From: Octopus sinensis
Lineage: Eukaryota
NCBI RefSeq assembly: GCF_006345805.1
Contig: NW_021835512.1
Coordinates: 1 to 37,208, forward strand
Direction: 5' to 3'
DNA length: 37,208 nucleotides
The notes below the pieces were generated by a model. It did not search any database, was not told the origin of the DNA, and worked only from the letters and a program-made list of their open reading frames with translations. Positions 1 to 11,100 of this stretch are shown here, piece after piece. Each line of letters begins with the position of its first letter. Position 1 is the stretch's first letter. The position numbers were made by a program, and so were the translations under genes.

Positions 1-94
1 TGGTGCTTCGATAATCTCCTTATAAATATGGTCATTCTCTTTTCTCAGGTCTTCTTAGCATTGAAATTATTGCTAAACACGGCATTCCTCTCTC

Positions 95-303
95 TTACTC
101 TTTTACTCTTTTACTTGTTTTAGTCATTTGATGGTGGTCATGAAATACCAAATCGACCCAAGAACTTATTCTTTGTAAGCCTAGTACTTATTCTATCGGT
201 GTCTTTTGCCGAACCGCTAGATTAGGGTATGTAAACACAACACCATCGGTTGTCAAGAGATTTTGAGGGGATAAACACAGACCACACAAACTATATACAC
301 ACC

Positions 304-337
<34 letters not shown>

Positions 338-342
338 CAACA

Positions 343-376
<34 letters not shown>

Positions 377-532
377 CGACGGGCTTCTTCAGTTTCTGTC
401 TACAAATCCACTCACAAGGCTTTGGTCAGCTCGAGGCTATAGTAGAAGACACTTGCCCAAGGTGCCACGCAGTGGGACTGAACCTGGAACCATGTGGTTG
501 GTAAGCAAGCTACTTACCACATAGCCACTCCT
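95..532 (-). mobile_element. tRNA-derived CORE-SINE, near full length (octopus OR2-like from memory)
   Basis: Minus strand reads AGGAGTGGCTATGTGGTAAG (A-box region) ... GGTTCAGTCCC (B-box), then GGCACCTTGGGCAAGTGTCTT (MIR/CORE-like), an internal TA/CA microsatellite, and a (TAAAAGAG)n tail at ~95-116. Confidence 0.85.
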
Positions 533-682
533 ACAACTCTATACATTTCTATCGTAGCTATTCTTAGTTGGTCCCTAGATCAGTTCTGATTGAGCAAACG
601 TACGATCAATGACCTTCTAGTTATAGCTATCACATCTTTTCAAGACTGTATCTTTTGAATAACGGGTACAATCCACCAACCA

Positions 683-820
683 GGCTTCTATACAGTTTCC
701 GTCTAGCCAGTTTCGCGCACAAGATATACGTCGACCCAAGGTTAAAGAAAATTATGTTTGCTTAACATGCAACGCAGTGGGATCGAACCTGATAGTAGCG
801 AGGTGAGTTTCTTACACATT
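683..820 (-). mobile_element. Degenerate CORE-SINE 5' fragment
   Basis: GGCTTCT..CAGTTTCCGTCTA...CGCAGTGGGATCGAACC aligns by eye to 381-485 of the adjacent copy. Confidence 0.5.
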
Positions 821-914
821 ATGTCATACTGCTTCTACAGTATAACGGTAAGTCCAATATATGAGAAATCCCGAAGACTTCAGAGTGTTTTTGTTGTTTT
901 TTTTGCTGTTTTCT

Positions 915-1300
915 TTTGTTAATACTAACAGGGGCAAAGTGTTCAGTAAAATCGTCTTCAGCAGAATGAAAGGAAAAGCCGAAAAAGTAACGAGCGAAAA
1001 TCAGTCTGGTTTAAGACCCAGGTAGACGTACAATCGATGCTTTCAAAATCAAAAGACCACTAATTGCTCATGCACTCCAACGTCATCGACTCCAGGGCTT
1101 CTTTCGACAGGATCTGACAGAAGGCTTTATAGAGGATGAGGACAGCATTAATCGCAAAACCACTGTAAAGAATTATAGGGGAACCTACCAGCAAAACCGG
1201 ACGTGCTATACTAATTATAAATGGCCGGCTGATTGACTGATCAGAAAAAAGCGCAGGTCTAAGACAAGGTTGCTAGCTATCTCCCCCATTTTTCAGACTT
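915..1300 (+). pseudogene. RTE-type LINE reverse transcriptase relic
   Basis: Hand translation gives GKVFSKIVFSRMK..ENQSGLRP (from 933), IDSRASFDRI*QKAL*RM and GLRQGC*LSP (1256-1285). These are RT motifs of RTE-like LINEs, with stops and frameshifts. Confidence 0.7.
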
Positions 1301-1414
1301 TCCAAGTATTTACGTGACTCAAAAGGCTTGATACTTCGGCTCTTTTGCTACCTCAACTTCAACCGAAGTTCACCTGGATACCAGATCGAATCTGTGCTAC
1401 AGTAGGTACTAGAC

Positions 1415-1866
1415 CAGTGTTTCCCAACATTTTTTTCCGGTGCCCCACTTTTTAATAACAAAATTTTCGGTGCCCCACTTTTTAAAAAATCTGGTACCTA
1501 TCAACATTTTTCTTTTAATATAGAAACACGATCTTCAATTACCTGGTTGACGGATACCACGACTCAATAGTGAGCGGAGTTCACTACTGCTTTTATAAAA
1601 GCTTGACACTGGACAATAGATATTGAAACAGAGAAACAAACGGTTAACAAATGCAGATGCCTCACCCGGTATGCTGATTGGTCATAGCTACATCGATTCC
1701 TGTGGTTTAAGTATAAATATTGCATGGCGAGGTTTTTTTCATTTCAGTGTTCAAAGATAGCCTTAGGGTCAACAAGTGTGCGCTCAAGTCACTTGCACAA
1801 AATTTCACAACCACGCTAACGCATGCTCCGCTCCAATATTCCAACGCCCCACGGTGGGAAACACTG
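1415..1866. mobile_element. hAT-family MITE (452 bp)
   Basis: TIRs CAGTGTTTCCCAAC (1415-1428) and GGTGGGAAACACTG (1853-1866), 13/14 match. Perfect 8-bp TSD TACTAGAC (1407-1414, 1867-1874). Confidence 0.92.
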
Positions 1867-1896
1867 TACTAGACATATATTTGATTTTAAATAACG

Positions 1897-2018
1897 GGAA
1901 AATTACGAAAATAAACAAAAGACGAAGGCAGGTGGAGTACAAACAAACAAATGTATTAGTATAGCGCTCAGGAATAGAAATAGAAGAAGTCTTTTACGTT
2001 TCGAGCCTACGCTCTTCG
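1897..2018 (-). mobile_element. Penelope-like terminal-repeat fragment with partial hammerhead-like motif
   Basis: Minus strand reads CGAAGAGCGTAGGCTCGAAACGTAAAAGAC...CTAATACATTTGTTTG, homologous to 36480-36598. The GAAACGT-type motif is typical of PLE-associated minimal hammerheads. Confidence 0.55.
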
Positions 2019-2157
2019 GTGTGTTCGTTTATGTACGTAAACACAGTCCCTTTTTATCGCAAGGCACCTTAGTTTCTGTCTTTGAGATTTTATTCGCTTT
2101 CTCTGTTTCCCTTCTTAGTATGTAACACACTTGGAGTATGTAATACCTTTACTCCTT

Positions 2158-2250
2158 CTCTCCATCGCTCTCTCTCTATCTATCTATCTTCCTCTCTCTT
2201 TCTCTCTCTCTCTCTCAACCTGTGTCTCAATCTCTCTTTGTCTCTCTAAC
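2158..2250. repeat. (CT)n/(CTAT)n microsatellite
   Basis: Directly visible. Confidence 0.9.
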
Positions 2251-2294
2251 ACATCCACATAGATGTGCATTTACCCATGCATATGCACAATGTA

Positions 2295-3557
2295 CAGCCT
2301 TGGCCAAAAGTATTAGGCCACCCCAATGTTTTGGGGTTCTGCTATCACAATGTTAATGAAACTCGTGCACATGGTAGACTATGGTATATTTAACAAAATA
2401 CATTAGTTTCAATATCTGGTGGACCCTCCTTTAGCATCAATTACCGATTTTATACTGTACTGTAGATACGCAACCAATTATAAGTTAGACCAACATCCAA
2501 AATTAACTTATATTAACTCTGAAAGAATCAAGGAAACATGAGTTAATTTTGGACGTTGGTTTTACTCATAATTGGTTGCATGTGTCCAATACAGTATAAA
2601 AATCGTAATTGATGCTAATTGAAGGCGGTGTTTTGGCAGAATCGTTAGCACGCCGGGCGAAATGCTAAGCAGTATTTCGTCTGCCGCTACGTTCTGAGTT
2701 CAAATACCGCTGAGGTCGACTTTGCTTTTCATCCTTTTGGTGTTGATAAATTAAGTACCAGTTACGCACTGTGGTCGATGTAATCGACTTAATCACTTTG
2801 TCTGTCCTTGTTTGTCCCCTTTGTGTGTAGCCCCTTCTGGGTAGTAAAGAAATAGATATTTCGTCTGCCGCTACGTTCTGAGGTCAAATTCCGCTGAGGT
2901 CGACTTTGCCTTTCATCCTTTTGGGGCCGATAAATTAAGTACCAGTTACGCACTGGGGTCGATGTAATCGACTTAATCCCTTTGTCTGTCCTTATTTGTC
3001 CCCTTTGTGTGTAGCCTCTTGTGGGTAGTAAAGAAATTGGTATTTCGTCTGCCGCTACGTTCTGAGTTCAAATTCCGCTGAGGTTGACTTTGCCTTTCAT
3101 CCTTTTGGGGTCGATAAATTAAGTACCAGTTACGCACTGGGGTCGATGTAATCGACTTAATCCCTTTGTCTGTCCTTGTTTGTCCCCTTTGTGTGTAGCC
3201 TCTTGTGGGTAGTAAAGAAATAGGTATTTCGTCTGCCGCTACGTTCTGAGTTCAAATTCCGCTGAGGTCGACTTTGCCTTTCATCAATTTGGGGTCGATA
3301 AATTAAGTACCAGTTACGCACTGGGGTCGATGTAATCGACTTCATCCGTTTGTCTGTCCTTGTTTGTCCCCTTTGTGTGTATCCCCTTGTGGGTAGTAAA
3401 GAAATAGGTAATTGATGCTAAAGAAGGGTCAACCAGATAATAGAACTACTGTATATTGCGAAATATACCATAGTCTACCATGAGCACGAGTTTCATTAAC
3501 GTTGTGATAGCGGAACCCCTAAACATTGGGGTGGTCTAGTACTTCTAGCCAAGGCTG
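2295..3557. mobile_element. Tc1/mariner-type fold-back MITE (~460 bp when the nested SINE array is removed)
   Basis: TA TSDs at 2293-2294 and 3558-3559; ends CAGCCTTGGCCAAAAGTA and TACTTCTAGCCAAGGCTG. Left arm 2295-2508 is the imperfect inverse of the right arm (2541-2618 plus 3422-3557), with a 32-nt spacer. Confidence 0.85.
2619..3407 (+). mobile_element. tRNA-derived SINE, head-to-tail tetramer (one 5' head + 4 x 184-bp units)
   Basis: A-box-like TGGCAGAATCG in the head; B-box GTTCAAAT(T/A)CC-like motif in each unit. TATTTCGTCTGCC starts at 2673, 2857, 3041 and 3225. 14-bp TSD GTAATTGATGCTAA (2605-2618, 3408-3421). Confidence 0.92.
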
Positions 3558-3589
3558 TATATATAAGAACAGAAGTACACACGCTTTCG

Positions 3590-3960
<371 letters not shown>

Positions 3961-4200
3961 TCTTGCACACAACACATATAGATTTGCGGTCAACTTATCC
4001 TCACTCTCTTCTCTCTGTCTCTTTCGCATTCACTCTAACTTTTTCCATTGTCCGTTCGTCTCACTTCAGCCTATTCTTCCGTTGGCAAAATAAAATGAGC
4101 CACGCATGCGTATCTGTGTTCACAGATGTATTTGACACATCCACGGTTTTGTTTTATTTATTACTAACGGCAGTAACAAGTTTCATTCATATACGAGCTT

Positions 4201-4204
<4 letters not shown>

Positions 4205-4249
<45 letters not shown>

Positions 4250-4565
4250 TATCAATGTAATATGTGTGTATATATATATATATATATTATATATATATAT
4301 ATATATATAAATGTATATATATGTGTGTGTATACATATATATATATATATATTTGTATTTGTATGTATGCATGTATACGGATGTGTATAATATATATATT
4401 ACATATTTGTATATGTATAAATATATATATTTACACACACATGCAACTATATATATATATAATATATATATATGTATATGTATATATTACATATATATAT
4501 AGGTATACGTATATATTAACATATATATACATATATATATATATGTATGTATGTATATTATGTGT

Positions 4566-4607
<42 letters not shown>

Positions 4608-4625
4608 TGTGTGCGTGTATGTGTG
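4205..4625. repeat. (TA)n/(TG)n microsatellite block
   Basis: Directly visible. Confidence 0.92.
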
Positions 4626-4954
4626 AGCGTGCGTTTAAGAATAATTAAGATTCCGTACTTGAGTTGAAGCATCAATTCAGTCCGGTAATATCCGCATAGC
4701 TCGAAGTAAGGTGAACAAAATCAAAAGAAGCAGTAGGATATCGAGTTGTAATGCAGTACGACCGTTTCAAGCGACCCAATTTAATTGAACAATGCTGTCA
4801 TTATATCAATTCAATTGCAATACTATCTTCAGCTGGACAAGAAAATATATGGAATTTCAAAAGGTAGGATAAATTAATGTAAATTTTTTTAATATTTTAG
4901 CAGTTAGAATATGGAAGAAATTCAAGTCGCACTTATAATAAAATAGCGAGAATA

Positions 4955-5160
4955 TGGGGGAGGAATGTTGAACATTCTAGAGAGGGGTATTTGAAAGGTG
5001 GAGGGGAGGAAGGAGAGGAAGGAATGTTCAATATTCCAGAGAGAAGGATTTGAGAATTGAAAGTGGGGAAGGAATGTTGAACATTCCCCAGAGGGGGATT
5101 TGAGAAGTGAAGGGTACGAAGCAGAGGAAGGAATGTTGAACATTCCAGAAGAGGGGGATT
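4955..5160 (-). repeat. Inverted block (~4 monomers) of the large minisatellite
   Basis: Purine-rich GGAAGGAATGTTGAACATTCCAGA..GAGGGGGATT units are the reverse complement of the downstream monomer. Confidence 0.9.
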
Positions 5161-8100
5161 TCATTCCACCAATTCCACCCCTTCCTTCCATTGCCCCCTT
5201 CCAACCTATCCTACAATACTCATCTCAAACAACCATCTATGGAATGGTCGAGATTACTTACTTCCTCAACTTACCTTTCTCAAATAGACCTTACCCTTCC
5301 GTCACAAATCCCCATCTCTAGAATGTTCAACATTCCTTCCTCCCTATCCTCCCATCCCTCCGCAGAAAACCCTCTTTGGAATGTTCAATATTCCTCCCTC
5401 CCCTTCCTCACCTTCTCTTCTCAAATCCCCCTCTCTGAAATGTTCAAAATTCCTTCATCCCCTTCCTCCCCTTAACCTCTGAAATACACATCTCTGAAAT
5501 GATCACCATTCTTCACTCCCCTTCCTCCCCTTCCCCTTCAACTCACCCTCTCTAGTATATTCAGCATTGCACCATTCAATTCTTCCACTTCCGCTCTCAA
5601 ATCTACTTCTATAGAATGTTCAACGTTACTCCCTCTGCTTCCTCCCCTTCCTCCCCTTCACCTTTCAAATCCCCCTCTCTAAATTGTTCTATATTAATCC
5701 CTCCCCTTCCACACCTTCGCTTCTCACATCCCCCTCTCTAGAATGTTCAGCATTCGTTCCTCCCCTTCCTCCACTTCACCTTACAAATCCCCCACTCTGA
5801 AATACTCAACATTCCTTCCTCCCCTTCACCTCTCAAATCCATCTCTCTGGAACGTTCAAAATTCCTACCTCCACTTCCACTCCTTCACCTCTCAAATACC
5901 CCTCTCTGGAGTGTTAAACATTCATTCCTCCCCTTCCTCACTTTCACCTCTCAAATCCCCCTCTCTGGAAAGTTCAACATTCCTTCCTCCCCTTCCTCCC
6001 TTTCACCTCTCAAATCCCCCCTCTGGAATGTTCAACATTGATTCCTCCCCTTCCTCCCCTTCACCTCTCACATCCCCCCTCTGGAATGTTCAACATTCCT
6101 TCATCCCCTTCCTCCCCTTCAACTTCAAATCACCCTCTCAGGAATGTTAAACAATCCTTCCTCGCCTTCCTCCCCTTCACCTCTAAAATCCCCATGTATG
6201 GAATGTTCAATATTCCTTCCGCCCCTTACACCCCTTCACCTTCAAATCCCCCTCTCTGGAATGTTAAACATTCCTTCCTTCCCTTCCTCCCTTCACCTCT
6301 CAAATCCCCCCTCTAGAATGTTCAACATTCCTTCCACACCTTCCTCCCTTTCACCTTCAAATCCCCCTCTCAGGAATGTTAAAAAATCCTTCCTCGCCTT
6401 CCTCCCATTCACCTCTAAAATCCATCTCTCTGGAATGTTCAATATTCCTTCCGCCCCTTCCTCCAATTCACCTCTCAAATCCCCCCTCTGGAATGTTCAA
6501 CATTCCTTCCTTCCCTTCCTCCCTCACCTCTCAAATCCCCCCCCCTCTGGAATGTTCAACATCCTTCCATTCCTTCCACACCTTCTCCCCTTCACCTTCA
6601 AATCCCCCTCTCAGGAATGTTAAAAAATCCTTCCTCGCCTTCCTCCCATTCACCTCTAAAATCCTTCTCTCTGGAATGTTCAATATTCCTTCCGCCCCTT
6701 CACCTTCGAAATCCCCCTCTCTGGAATGTCCAATATTCCTTCCTCCCGTTCCTCATCTTCACCTTCGAATCCCCCTCTCTGGAATGTTCAATATTCCTTC
6801 CGCACCTTCCTTCCCTTCACCTTCGAATCCCCCTCTCTGGAATGTTCAATATTCCTTCCGCACCTTCCTCCCCTTCACCTTCGAATACCCCCTCTCTGGA
6901 ATGTTCAATATTCCTTCTGCACCTTCCTCCCCTTCACCTTCGAATACCCCTCTCTGGAATGTTCAATATTCCTTCAGCACCTTCCTCCCCTTCACCTTCG
7001 AATCCCCCTCTCTGGAATGTTCAATATTCCTTCCGCACCTTCCTTCCCTTCACCTTCAAATCCCCCTCTCTGGAATGTTCAATACTCCTTCCGCCCCTTC
7101 CTTAGCTTCACCTACAAATCCTCCTCTCTGGAATGTTCAACATTCCTCGCTCACCTTCCTCCACTTCACCTTCAAATCCCCCTCTCTGGAATGTTCAACA
7201 TTCCTTGTTCCGTTCCTCATCTTCACCTTCAAATCCCCCTCTCTGGAATGTTCAATATTCCTTCTTCCCGTTCCTACCCTTCACCTTCAAATACCCCTCT
7301 CAAGAATGTTCAATATACCTTCCTCCCCTTCCTCCCCTTCACCTTCGAATCCCCCTCTCTGGAATGTTCAATATTCCTTCCGCACCTTCCTTCCCCTTCA
7401 CCTTCAAAACCACCTCTCTGGAATGTTCAATATTCCTTCCGCAACTTCCTCCCCTTCTCCTTCGAATACCCCTCTCTGGAATGTTCAATATTCCTTCCGG
7501 ACCTTCCTCCCCTTCACCTTCGAATACCCCTCTGGAATGTTCAATATTCCTTCTGCAGCTTCCTCCCCTTCACCTTCGAATACCCCTCTCTGGAATGTTC
7601 AATATTCCTTCCGCACCTTCCTCCCCTTCACCTTCGAATACCCCTCTCTGGAATGTTCAATATTCCTTCAGCACCTTCCTCCCCTTCATCTTCGAATCCC
7701 CCTCTCTGGAATGTTCAATATTCCTTCCGCACCTTCCTTCCCTTCACCTTCAAATCCCCCTCTCTGGAATGTTCAATATTCCTTCGCCCCTTCCTTCGCT
7801 TCACCTACATATCCTCCTCTCTGGAATGTTCAACATTCCTCGCTCACCTTCCTCCACTTCACCTTCAAATCCCCCTCTCTGGAATGTTCAATATTCCTTC
7901 CTCCCTTTCCTCCTCTTCACCTTCAAATCCCCCTCTTTGGAATGTTCAATATTCCTTCCTCCCCTTCTTCCCCTTCCTCCCCTTCACCTTCAAATCCCCC
8001 TCTCTGGAATGTTCAATATTCCTTCTTCCCATTCCTTCCATTCACCTTCAAATCCCCCTCTCTGGAATGTTCAATATTCCTTCCTCCCCTTCCTCCCCTT

Positions 8101-11100
8101 CACCTTCAAATCCCCCTCTCTGGAATGTTCAATATTCCTTCCTCACCTTCCTCCCCTTCACCTTCAAATCCCCCTCTCTGGAATGTTCAATATTCCTTCA
8201 GCACCTTCCTCCCCTTCATCTTCGAATCCCCCTCTCTGGAATGTTCAATATTCCTTCCGCACCTTCCTTCCCTTCACCTTCAAATCCCCCTCTCTGGAAT
8301 GTTCAATATTCCTTTACCCCTTCCTTCGCTTCACCTACAAATCCTCCTCTCTGGAATGTTCAACATTCCTCGCTCACCTTCCTCCACTTCACCTTCAAAT
8401 CCCCCTCTCTGGAATGTTCAATATTCCTTCCTCCCTTTCCTCCTCTTCACCTTCAAATCCCCCTCTTTGGAATGTTCAATATTCCTTCCTCCCCTTCCTT
8501 CCTTCCTCCCCTTCACCTTCAAATCCCCTCTCTGGAATGTTCATATTCCTTCTTCCCATTCCTTACATTCACCTTCAAATCCCCCTCTCATGAATGTTCA
8601 TATTCCTTCCTCCCCTTCCTCCCCTTCACCTTCAAATCCCCCTCTCTGGAATGTTCAATATTCCTTCCTCACCTTCCTCCCCTTCACCTTCAAATCCCCC
8701 TCTCTGGAATGTTCAATATTCCTTCTTCCCTTCCTTTCCATTCATTACCTTCAAATCACCATCTCTCTGGAATGTTCACTATTCCTTGCTCCCCTTCCTT
8801 CTCTCCACTTCTAAATTCCCCCTCTCTGGATTGTTCAACATTCCTTCCTCCCCTTCCCTCCCATCACCTCTAAAATCCCCCTCTCTGGAATGTTCAACAT
8901 TCCTTCCTCCCCTTCCTTGCCTTCAATCTAAAATCCCCCTCTCTGGAATGTTCAACATTTCCTTCTCACCTTCCACCCCTTCACCTCTCGAATCCCCCTT
9001 TCTGGAATGTTCCACATTCTTTCCTCCCCTTCCTCTTTTTCACCTGTAAAATCCCCCTCTCTGAAATGTTCAACAATCCTTCCTCTCCTTCCTCCCCTCA
9101 CACTCTAAAATCCCCCTCTCTGGAATGTTCAACATTCCTTCCTCCCCCCTTCCTCCCCTTCACCTCTCAAATCCCCTCTCTCGGGAATGTTCAACAATCC
9201 TTCCTCCCCTTCCTCCTTCACTCTAAAAAATCCCCCTCTCTTGAATGTTCAACAATCCTTCCTCCCCTTCCTCCCCTTCCTCCCCTTCACCCCTCAAATC
9301 CCTCTCCTGGAATGTTCAACATTCCTTCCTCCATTTCACCCCTTTTCACCTCTCAAATCCCCCTCTCTGGAATTTCAAACATTCCCCTCCTCCTTTCTTC
9401 TTCTCCCCTTCACCTCTCAAATCCCCGTCTCTGGAAAGTTCAACATTCCTTCCTCCCCTTCCTCCCCTTCACCTCTCAAATCCCTTCTCTGGAATGTTCA
9501 ACATTCCTTCCTTCCCTTCCTCTCCTTCAACTCTAAAATCCCCCTCTCTGGAATGTTCAACAATCCTTCCTCCCCCTCACCTTTCAAATCCCCCTCTCTG
9601 GAATGTTCAACAATCCTTCCTCCCCTTCCTCCCCTTCACCTTCAAATCCCCCTCTCTGGAATGTTCAATATTCCTTCCTCACCTTCCTCCCCTTCACCTT
9701 CAAATCCTCCTCTCTGGAATGTTCAATATTCCTTCTTCCCATTCCTTCCATTCACCTTCAAATCCCCCTCTCTGGAATGTTCACTATTCTTGCTCCCCTT
9801 CCTTCTCTCCGCTTCTAAATTCCCCCTCTCAGGATTGTCAACATTCCTCCTCCCTTCCCTCCATCACCTCTAAAATCCCCCTCTCTGGAATGTTCACATT
9901 CCTTCCTCCCCTTCCTTGCCTTCAATCTAAAATCCCCCTCTCTGGAATGTTCACATTCCTTCCTCACCTTCCTCCCCCTCACCCTCTTCGAATCCCCCTT
10001 TCTGGAATGTTCCACATTATTTCCTCCCCTTCCTCTTTTTCACCTGTAAAATCCCCCTCTCTGAAATGTTCAACAATCCTTCTTCCTTCTCCTTCCCCTT
10101 CAACTCTAAAATCCCCCTCTCTGGAATGTTCAACATTCCTTCCTCCCCTTCCACCTTCACCTCTCAAATTCCCCTCTCTGGAATGTTAACAATCCTTCCT
10201 CCCCTTCCACCCCTTCACTCTAAAACCCTCTCTGGAATGTTCAACAATCCTTCCTCCCCCTCACCTCTCAAATCCCCCTCTCTTGAATGTTCAACAATCC
10301 TTCCCCCCTTCCTCCCCTTCACCTCTCAAATTCCTCTCTCTGGAATGTTCAACATTCCTTCCTCCATTTCATCCCCTTCACCTCTCAAATCCCCCTCTCT
10401 GGAATGTTCAACATTCCATCCTCTCCTTTCTCCCTTCACCTCTCAAATCCCCTTCTCTGGAATGTTCAACAATCATTCCTCCCCTTCCTCCCTTTCACCT
10501 CTCAAATCCCCGTCTCTGGAAAGTTCAACATTCCTTCCTCCCCTTCCTCCCCTTCACCTCTCAAATCCCTTCTCTGGAATGTTCACATTCCTTCCTTCCC
10601 TTCCTCCCCTTCAACTCTAAAATCCCCCTCTCTGGAATGTTCAACAATCCTTCCTCTCCTTCCTCTCCATCCTCCCCTTCACCTCTCCAATCCCCTCTCT
10701 GGAATGTTCAACATTCCTTCCTCCCCTTCCTCCCCTTCACCTCTCAAATTCCTTCTCTGGAATGTTCAACATTCCTTCCTCCCCTTCCTCCCCTTCACCT
10801 CTCAAATCCCTTCTCTGGAATGTTCAACATTCCTTCCTCCATTTCATCCCCTTCACCTCTCAAATCCCCCTCTCTAGAATGTTCAACAATCATTCCTCCC
10901 CTTCCTCCCATTCACCTCTAAAATCCCCCTCTCTTGAATGTTCAACATTCCTTCCTCCCCTTCCTCCCCTTCAACTCTCAAATTCCCCTCTCTGGAATTT
11001 TCAACAATCATTTCTCCCTTTCCCCCTTTACTTCTCAAATCCCCCTAACTTGAATGTTCAACATTCCCTCCTCTCCTTTCTCCCCTTCACCTCTCAAATC

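Noticed and set aside
2619-2720. SINE heads as functional tRNA genes
   Set aside because: A/B boxes are present, but no complete cloverleaf or acceptor stem was seen, and the sequence continues into SINE body.
2619-3407. CRISPR array or retrozyme interpretation of the 184-bp tandem units
   Set aside because: There are no unique spacers and the context is eukaryotic. No CTGANGA...GAAA hammerhead core was found on either strand of the unit. The Pol III boxes and TSD fit a SINE.
4829-4870. Possible 31-nt micro-exon (CTTCAG|CTGGAC...CAAAAG|GTAGGA)
   Set aside because: Splice-like sites only; no recognisable protein and no partner exons.
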